NCBI GenBank assembly: GCA_001179505.1
Contig: CDMY01000689.1
Coordinates: 1-30,390, forward strand
Reading direction: 5' to 3'
DNA: 30,390 nt
From: Vitrella brassicaformis CCMP3155
Taxonomy: Eukaryota; Protista; Chromerida
The position numbers were made by a program, and so were the translations under genes. Positions 21,781 to 30,390 of the stretch are shown piece after piece; positions within the stretch are counted from its first letter, which is position 1; each line of letters starts with the position of its first letter. The notes under the pieces are model-generated. The model saw nothing but the letters and a program-made list of their open reading frames with translations, was not told the DNA's origin and ran no database searches.

Positions 21781-24068
21781 CACTCGAATGCTCAGCCGCC
21801 ACACCTTATCGACACACACGCACACACAGAGAGAGACATCCATACCATCTCACGTCAGTCGGTCAGTGTGGTGCAGGCTGGTTCCCTCCCTCCCTGACCC
21901 ACTTACCCTGTTGCTGCCGGATGGCGTGTTTGCCTTCGTTGATGAGGTCGGTGGTCTGCTTGTGGGCGGCCGCCTTGTCGGCGAGCTCCCCTTCCTCGGC
22001 CTCCTCTGCACTGCCCTCCTCGGCAATCAACTCGTCCGCCAACGACCCACCTCACACACACACAAACAGACATCGACACATACACACATATTATATACCA
22101 GCGGTGTGGCCTAACATATGTCTGTCTGTCTGTCTGTCTGTGTGATGGGATTGTGATACCTTCCTGTGCGGCCCGTTCGGCTTTGATGGCGAGTTTGGCG
22201 AGTCGCTTCTTGTGGGCAATGTCCCGCTCGACGGTCGCCCTTCGCTTGTCGTGAGCCGCACTCTCCAACGACGCCACACTCACAGCCAAACCTGTAGACA
22301 CACACAGCACAGACATCCCTCTCCCTCTCTGTCTCTCTGCCTGCGTCTCTGGCTGACTGACCGTCGACTCGGCTGGCCATCTTGTCGACGTCACCCTCGA
22401 GCGCTGCGATCTGCGTGTCGAGAGATGCGGGCGGGCCGACTTGCTGGGGCGGCGCGAGGCCTCGGGAGGGATCAGCTGGGTGAAGCGGTGAGTGGGGGCC
22501 GACTGGGGGGCGGCTGGGTGTGTGTTGGCGTGAGTCACCAACAGGTCCTCCTCGGCTATCACGTTGCCAATGCGAGTGTCGAGCTCGCGAAGACGCCCAC
22601 GCAGCTCACCCACACGAGACACACTGACCGACAGGACATCATCACACCACACACACGAGTGCATGTTAGGGCTCATGTCAGGTGTGTGGGTGGGTGGGTG
22701 GCTTACAGGTGGTCGGCCGACAGGCGAGCAGGCGCACTCTGATCCATAGATCCATGGAGAGAGGAAGGGATTGACATTGATTTACACTCATAGACACACA
22801 TCAGGGGTGTGTGTGTGTGTGTGTGGGCTTACGTTGAGTGCGTCGATTTCCTTGGCGATTTGTTTCATCTCTTTGTTGATTTGGTGTCTCTTCTCGGCGA
22901 GTTCCGCCCTGACGGCTGCCACCTCCCTCTCTGTCTCGACGGCCTCCTTGCGCAGCTTGAGCTGACCCTCCAGCTTTGCACTCTCCCTGGTGCCCTCGGC
23001 CGCCGCCAACTCGCGCTGATCAATCGACGTATCCAATCACTGCACACACACACACACACACACACAGAGGGATTGGCTGCAGAAGTATATGGAGTGGCGT
23101 ACGTTGAGGAGTTCCTTTTGTTTGTTGACGGCCGTCTCCTGTTGGATCACGTCTGTGTCGGCCGCCACACCCACACGCTCGCCAGACACACGAGCCTGAT
23201 CAGACAAACACACACACACCACTGATTCATGAGTGTGTGCCCATCCCGTCTGTGTGTGTGTCGATGTGTGTGCCTGCAGCTGTTTGAGTTGGTCGTGCAT
23301 GGCCTTCTCGTCGGCGACCACCTGCACCGACTTGGCCACCAGACTGACCAGCGCCGCCTGCTGCTCGCGGATCTCGTCGGCACCGAACAGCTCGCCGCTC
23401 TCCATGGCTTTGCCCAGCTCGTGGGCGCTGATCGAGGCCGACCGCAGCAGCCGACTCGACGCCAGCAGACCCGCACTCTCCATCTCACTCGACGCCCGCA
23501 ACAAGTCACGAGCCACCTCGTGCTGACCGACACACATGGATGTCGGTGCCTTGTGTCGTGTTGTGGTGCCTCCCTCCCTCCCTCCCTCCCTCCCTGTCTG
23601 TCTGTCTGTCTGCCTGTCTGTCTCACTGCTCACTTGTATCTCTCCGGCCTTTCTGGGTTTGCCTTGCGCGACGAGCGAGTCGACGGCCGACTGGACGAGC
23701 GAGGCGGCCTGTCGGTGGTAGGCGGCGGCCGTGACGTGGTCGCCAAGGTGAGAGGCGTGTGTGGCCTTGATGGACAGGGAAATGGCGTCGAGGGCGAGTG
23801 TGGGGCCGACCGCCGCCGACGAGAGCACCGGGGCGGCCTCGAGCAGACGCGCCGACATCTCACTGTACGTCGCCGCATCTGTTTGTATGTGTTTGTGTGA
23901 ACACACACACACAGAGAGAGGGTGGAGGGAGGTGGCCAGTGTGTCTGTCTCTTGTGTTGTGTTGTGTGCCTGATGTCTGTGTGTGGGCGCTGTCGGGGTC
24001 GTCGACGGCCGCGAAGCGCGACGCCAACACGTCACACAATGACGACGCCTCTGTGGATGGAAAGGAGA

Positions 24069-24104
<36 letters not shown>

Positions 24105-24969
24105 TATCGACAGCTCTGCGTGTGTGTGTGTGTGTATGTGTGTGTGTGTGACCTTTGAAGACGGCGGCGGCGTCGGTGGCGCTTCGCTCCTTCACGTAGA
24201 GCAGGGCGGCGTGGTTCAGATGATACCTGACACACAATGACACGACAGCCATCCAGGCACATGGACAATGACTGTCCCTCTCTCTCTCTGTTCATCTGTG
24301 TCATGACACACAGACTTGGCGTGGAGGTCTTCGTCGATGGCGGCTTGCAGGTCGCCGGCCGCGGCCATGTCGTCGGCCTGTCTGGCCAGCTGGAATGCCC
24401 TTGCCAGCGCCACCTCGGGCACATCGCCGCTGTCGTATGCGTTGGCCTTTCGCTGTGCCGCGGCGGCCTTGTTGCGGAATGTGTGCGCGGCGGGTGCGTC
24501 GGTGCCGGCGGCCTCGTACGACTGGGCGATGGCGAGGTAATCGCTGACGGCCTGCCGCTGTGTCTTGGCGGCGGCCTGTGTGAGGCCGTCCAGCGCCTCC
24601 TGCACGGCGATGGCCTCGCGCAAAGCACCCGCGTTGTCCAACGATGACACACTCGACGGACACAGAGATCTCGAGGTGGTGGCCGATGGGCGTCCCTCTT
24701 CCTCCAAACGAGCTGCCGCCTCACGCAGACGGACAAGACGATCAGACTCAGCACCAGACACCGACGGCACCGGCGAAGAAGCAACTGACAGACAGAGACA
24801 CAGAGGCACAAGCAAGCATCATCATGAACATGTCTCTCTCTTCGATGTGCGTCTGCTTGCCTTGCTTCTGCTGCTGTGGCTCAGTGTTCGAGCGGAGTGC
24901 AGCTCCCTCACACCAAAGCGGAGACAGGATGAGAGCGAGGCAAAGCAGACAGAGACGCGTCACCATCAT
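21728..24969 (-). CDS. Secreted alpha-helical/coiled-coil protein, copy B (full length, about 13 exons)
   Basis: Exon 1 24969-24861 = MMVTRLCLLCLALILSPLWCEGAALRS... (signal peptide) with GC donor, joining 24784 in phase 1. Later exons include LDTQIAALEGDVDKMASRVD, DKRRATVERDIAHKKRLAKLAIKAERAAQE and ADELIAEEGSAEEAEEGELADK; the last exon ends AAMAAKVPC*. Confidence 0.8.
22679..24661. repeat. Direct segmental duplication, copy B (partner 1-2001)
   Basis: Colinear with 1-2001, including introns. Confidence 0.95.
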
Positions 24970-25388
24970 GACTGACTGATCACTTGCTTTGCTTGCTTGG
25001 CGAAAAAAGGAGAGAAGAGTGAGACTCGCAAACAAGAATCAGTGGATGGAGAAGCGAGTGAAGAGTGTGCTCGATCGCGATCGTTTGTCTGTGTCAATTT
25101 GTCTGTGTACAAAACACGATCGATCCCCATACACGCACATGTACATGTACACACAGTGATGTACGTTTGCGTGTCCGTCACTGTCCGTCGTCTGTCATGT
25201 GGTGTCTCTGCTAGCCCGGCAGCTGCCTCCGGGCCCGCACACACAGCCTCCCTCCCACACGGATAGTGACAAAAATAATGTACAGAATGCATGTGCGGTC
25301 AGCTGTCCGATGCACTTGAAAAAAACATCACCAGGGACGCAGACAGACATGCATCGCACATACGCAAAGAGCCTTATGGTCCTTCTCT

Positions 25389-27248
25389 TCATGCACTGGA
25401 TGGTGTGTCCCCTGCGCCCAACTCCATCCTGTCCTTGCTCGAGCTGTCAATGCTCGGCCTGCTCGAGTTGAGCGCGTTGAGGGGCACACTCAGACACAGC
25501 TGTGCCTGCTGCTTTTCGTCGCCCACGGGGGACAAAGCCACGGACAGCCGCACATACTGGCTGTTCGGAGGGGATGACCCCTCATCGCTGACCGTGGCCG
25601 ACTGCTGCTGCAGCCGAATCATCGACGGCGATGAGTGACTTGTCCTGAGACGGGCAGCCACCTGCAGAGGGCTCTCCGGCGAATGGGGCGTGAAGGCGCT
25701 CTCTTCGGGAGCGATGACGCTACGCACAGGGGAGCGCCCGGCCTCACTCGCAATGCTAATGCTCGAGTTGCGCTGGTGGCGCATCAACGGCGGCAGCTCT
25801 CTCCCTCGTGTCGGCTTGGCGGGTGAGGGGGGGTGCTCGTTTGTGGTGGCAATGGGAGGGGAGTTTTGCTGCTTGATGGTGTTCCCCGAGTGTGAGTGGG
25901 GCGGTGACGACCAGTTGTAGTCTTCGAAGGATGTGTTGTGCGAGTGGACCGACACGTTCTCTGGCTCATTGTTGCCGGCCGGCTGGAGACCTTGTGCCGC
26001 GGCCAACTCAAATAGACTCTCCAGCTCCCGGAAGGTCATCTTGGGCCTGTAACCAGAGACACACATCGCATACGCACACAGATGTGACATCAAGCACAAT
26101 TTCCATGCTGCCTTTCTCACTTGGCGTGGTGCTGTCTGAAGTCCGTTCTCAGCCCCCCCGGCACAGCAGACGCCGCGCCCCTCAGATTCCGTTGTGAGCT
26201 GTCCGGCGACGGCCGCCTGAAAGTGATTCTCGGATAGCCTGCTACGGTGCGATGGCTGGCCTGCCGTCCCCAGCGTATGATTTGTATGTCTCCCAGCATG
26301 CTGCTAGACGCATGGGGGCTGTGCGAGCGCTGTTTGGCCAGCATGGTGCCGACTGCCGGTACAATGGGGCAGGTTGTGATGGGATGGTATGCGGCTTCCT
26401 CTGTCAGCAGCTGCTGCTTGGGGCTGTGGTGGGCTTCTGGATCGTCGCTCAACTGAAAGGAAGACAGTGTGCGTCTTGGCGTCGTCGTCGTGATTGCTTA
26501 CCTCAGGATCTTCCTTTGGAAGCCGACGGCAACACGGGAAACCTATACGAGCCCTCTTGCCCGACGCCTGCATCCAACATAGCGTCACGAGCCGTTCGTT
26601 ACTCACAGATGAAAGCCTTGTGTATGCCACCTTTGGCGATCTCCCTCGTCCAAACGCAGACCATCGCCTTGAAGTTTCCTGTTCACCCCTCTCGCCCTCA
26701 GATTGATGGGGGAAGGCAGAGCCGTCCGCCGGCGCAGTGCTGGGCCGAGTGGGTGCCGTCGGGCCGCCCGAAACCGTCGGAGCTTCTGGAAGGATGTTTG
26801 GGGGAGCATCTGCGCAGAAGAAGGCGATGTTCAGTACGTGCGTTCTTGTGTGTTGGTTGTGTAGCTAACCCTCAATGTCGGGAGTGGACGGCTTCTTGGT
26901 GAGGAGACCCTGCGAGTCCGGCCCCTTCCGACGGTCTCTGGAATCACGACGCACGTGGCTTAGAAGCGCTGAAGCCCATCAGCAAACGTACGAACGCCAT
27001 CGCCATAGTGTTCTTTCTGCTTTCAAGCTGCTCTCACCATCAGACTCGGTTACCAGCTGCACCTCTCCCTGGGAGGACTTTGAGAAGTCCTTCTCGCCTT
27101 CGACAGAACCAAGATGCTTCACACCGCCCTCACCCGGCAGGCCGAATGTCGCTGACACTGCGAATGAGGCGGGAGCCGATACCTGGCCGATGGGTGCCGC
27201 TGATTCGGGAATCAAGGCCGTTTGCTTGCTGGTGGGAGTGAAGGACAT
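25389..27248 (-). CDS. Hypothetical Ser/Pro-rich, largely disordered protein, about 5 exons
   Basis: Phase-consistent chain: MSFTPTSKQ...ESD|, LLSHVRRDSRDRRKG...PDIE|, DAPPNILPE...KVAYTRLSS...FPCCRRLPKEDPE|, LSDDPEAHH...QHHA-AA|G-PKMTFRELESLFELA...TPSSA*. The first intron is the least certain. Confidence 0.65.
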
Positions 27249-27347
27249 TCGTGACAACTCGGTGGAGAACGAGCGGAGTCCTGGGCGCCCCCATTTGGCC
27301 CCCAGTCTCCGAGAAACGCGAGCTCGGGCTAGCCTCGTGAGGTCACA

Positions 27348-28201
27348 ATGGCCAGCCCATTTGCCGTGTTCGACAGCAGCGCCAAGCTGAGCCTCGTCAA
27401 ACTCTGCAAGGCGTGGGGGGGCATTCACGCGGCGGAGGAGTCTGTTTTCGGCAGTAGCAAGTGCAACCATCACGACGCCCTCAAGGTGCTCGCCACCAAG
27501 CCGCTGGACGAGCAGAAGCGCCACCTGCAGGAGCTCAAGGAGGAGGCCAAGGCCGCCGCCAAGAAGATGGGTGAGATGGAGAAAGAGCTGGCGGAGGAGC
27601 GTGGAGCGATGCAGATCTTCGTCAAGACACTCACTGGTGAGGCCGAAGCGTTCTGATATCCATGTCACTGATTGCAAGAGATCTGTGTGTTCGTTGTGTC
27701 ATGCAGGCAGGACTTTCACCATGCGTTGTGATCCGGACGAGTCGGTGTCTGCCGTCAAGCTCAAGCTGCAGCTCACGTCCGGCGCCCCTGCCGACCAGCA
27801 GCGCCTGATGTTCGCCGGCAGCCAGCTGAAGGACGACCGCATTCTGGAAGACTACAAGATCCCCCGCGAGGCGGTTCTTCAGCTGGTGCTCAGGTGAGGA
27901 GAAGCGGGCATTCATCGACATGGTGCCCGGTGTATGCACATCTGTTGATGCATGCATGTCTTGTAGACTTCGTGGTGGCATGTTCCACGCCACCAGTGGC
28001 CGTCATGGCTTCGAGGCGAGCAGCGGTGTGTCGGCCGAGGAGGAGGCGGTGCTGGCGGGCATGGAGTGGCACGGGGAGTCGCTGGTGGTGGCCTGGGGCG
28101 GCAGCGAGGAGATGCTGCAGCTGGTGGACGAGGTGACCCAGGCCTTCGAGGACATGGCCAACATGAGCAACATCCTGCTCAAGAAACTCAAAGCCAACTG
28201 A
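27348..28201 (+). CDS. Ubiquitin-like fusion protein: N-terminal helical extension, internal 76-aa Ubl ending LRLRGG, C-terminal tail starting MFHATSGR
   Basis: Exons 27348-27636, 27707-27893 and 27967-28201 join to [10 protein letters not shown]|[11 protein letters not shown]...[11 protein letters not shown]...LQLVLR|LRGG. 45/76 residues are identical to canonical ubiquitin by hand alignment. Confidence 0.9.
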
Positions 28202-28261
28202 TCACACCAACATGTGAGAAGAAAGAGCGTGATAGATTTTGAAGGGTAGGTGTTGCATGCC

Positions 28262-28345
28262 CGTGTGTCTGTGTGTGTGTGTGCGTGTGTGTGTGTGTGT
28301 GCGTGTGTGTGCGTGTGTGTGCGTGTGTGTGTGTGTGTGTGTGTG
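28262..28345. repeat. Long (GT)n/(GTGC) microsatellite
   Basis: Directly visible tract downstream of the Ubl gene. Confidence 0.95.
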
Positions 28346-29572
28346 ATGCGCAGACATCGCTCTGACGACGGACAGTATCTGTAGCTACTGCAGCGGTGGA
28401 ATGCATCAACACAGCGATACCGAGAGGAATACACATACACACACAGAATAGATATGTACATACACACAGACACACAGACACACATACACACAGACACACG
28501 GACAGACGGACAGACAGACAGGCAGACAGCGGTAGCCTTTCAGACATGTAGCGCTGCTGAGAGCTACACGTTGGAGTCGTTGGACAAGGTCGGAACGACA
28601 TCTGTCTGCACAGAGAATCGCTTCGACATTGCCCGACGACCGAAACGTGCAGCTGCGATGGATGGATGGATGGACGGACGGACGGACAGACAGACAGTCA
28701 GATTCTGGATGAGTGAATGAGTGAGTGAGTGGTCGCACAGGGGCTCTTCTGCTGCCTGAAGGGCCCTCGTAGCTGCCCTGTTGATACTCATGGCTACCCT
28801 GGTGCTCTCTCTTGTGCTGCCTTGCCACTTCCGCCTATCTGCAATTCTATCCGACAACCCGCACTATTTGTCACTGTAGGGATGCGGCGAATGGAGGGAG
28901 AGAGAGAGAGAAGCACTCTCGTCTCTTGTCGCTACATCTCTGTGTGCGAGTCTGTGTGTGTGTTCGGAGTTATTGCAATGCATCACCCTCGCCCAATCTG
29001 ATAGCTATGGCGCATGTGCATCGGTGAAGAGAGAGATGAGTGCATATGTTTGGTGTTGCCTCCCCATCCTGACAGCTGTATGTGGTGGGCGTCAGGCAGC
29101 ATCGTGGCGATGAGAACCGTTTCGACGTCGTCTGAGGACCGATGCGTGCAGCTGCGGTGGATGGGAGGGTGTGTGCATGGCTTGTACAAAGACCGTTCTT
29201 CCGACTCGTGGACACATCCATGCGCTCTGTGTTCCATGTGTCAAATCGCATGTTGGAGTGAACCGCATCACCTTGTCCAACACGCATTCACGCAGCCAAA
29301 CAGCAGACTACCACCACACCAGCCCAGAGGCCTCCACACATTGTCCATCAGAACAGCAGCACTCATCCCCACACACTTCACCCTCCCCTCTCTACGTGCG
29401 TCTCTCTGCACAGCTGTGGTCTTCATTGTCTTGGTCTTCTTGCCTGCCTCTCCCTCCTTCCGTCCATCCCTCCAGCCAGCCGTTGTGTTGTGTTGTGTTG
29501 TGTGTTTGCGTGGCGTACGTACCTCTCCCCTCTCGGGAGCCGCCGGTGGCCGGACGCACCGCATGCATCGTG

Positions 29573-30100
29573 CTAGCGTTCGACTAGCACTGTCGGGGCC
29601 ACCGCACGAGCTGCCTCCATCGAGGCCTTGCCAGAACAGTGACGCACCGACATGCCCATCAATCGTACGGCTTCTCTGCTGGCGAGGTTACGCCGCCTGC
29701 CACCTCTCTCGGTGCGCACGACGCTCGTACGTCGCCTTGTCGGCTGCTCGACCCCGCTGACCATACACACAGGCAAATCCACCACACACCAACAACAAGC
29801 ACACATCCATCCATCAGACACGTCAAGTGAGTGGCGGCGGGCGTCGTGTGATGCGCTTACGTGCCCGAGGCGATCCTGCTTTCCCACTCGGCTCCCTGCT
29901 GGCCAGGGGCGGTGCGGTTGCCGGCGCATGCTGCCTCCATCGAGGCCTTGCGTGCACCAGCGGCTGTCTGATTCGGTGCGAGATGCGCATCTCGTCTTGC
30001 CTGCCTGCGAACCTTGTGCCACGTGTTGTCACGCGACAGTTCGCCTTGCTTAGCACGGTGTGCGATGGGCACTCTGCCTATCTCGTCCGCCACCGCTGCA
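29573..30100 (-). CDS. Possible two-exon hypothetical coding region with a twice-repeated KASMEAA motif
   Basis: GGCAC|gtaagc donor and ggtcag| acceptor join in phase 2 so that both copies of a 21-bp repeat read KASMEAA. Another frame is also open and the start is not defined. Confidence 0.3.
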
Positions 30101-30390
30101 CACACCACACCGACGCACCAGCAAAAGACACGACACGTGAAGTGGTGGAAGTGGGGAGTGCGGGACACGGTGCTGGCTGGAGGGAGGGAGGGAGGGCGGA
30201 AGGAGGGAGGGGCAGGCGCCAGCAAAGCTCCTTCGGACCCTAAAAGTGAACACGCACAAGAAGAATGGGAACAGTCGCGTCTCACATTTTGGCCTGCGTG
30301 CGCCACTCACCTTGAAGGCCCGAATCGAGAGGAAGAGACGTGTTTTCGGGGAAAAAATAGAATGATGGTAGGGGTTTTAGGGTGGGGGGG

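Noticed and set aside
26875-27390. 171-aa plus-strand ORF (MSGVDGFLVRRP...)
   Set aside because: It overlaps a phase-consistent minus-strand exon chain (27248 onward) and the Ubl gene start; best explained as an antisense shadow.
89-30310. Numerous short ORFs rich in CVCV/HTHT/LSLS
   Set aside because: Translations of intronic and intergenic dinucleotide microsatellites.
30371-30390. ttttaggg as a telomeric repeat
   Set aside because: Single unit only, no tandem array.

Overview
Eukaryotic, GC-rich, intron-dense genomic DNA with short GT-AG/GC-AG introns full of (CA)n/(GT)n/(CTGT)n microsatellites. The style resembles the chromerid alveolate Vitrella brassicaformis; this is an inference, not a database match. 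The supplied ORF track only shows exon fragments, so gene models were spliced by hand. Genes found: a TMEM184/OST-alpha-like transporter, a small single-pass membrane protein, a lineage-specific protein with an F-box-like motif, a BRCT + TDP2-like phosphodiesterase, a tandem array of J-domain (HPD) coiled-coil genes (one starting with an MGNCSS acylation motif), a secreted protein with amphipathic repeats, a C4HC3-type zinc-finger protein, a secreted alpha-helical/coiled-coil protein present as a full copy, a 5'-truncated copy and an inverted 3' fragment, a disordered protein, and an internal ubiquitin-like fusion lacking K48/K63. Two 300-N assembly gaps lie inside the J-domain array. No rRNA, tRNA, CRISPR array or recognisable transposase/RT was seen.
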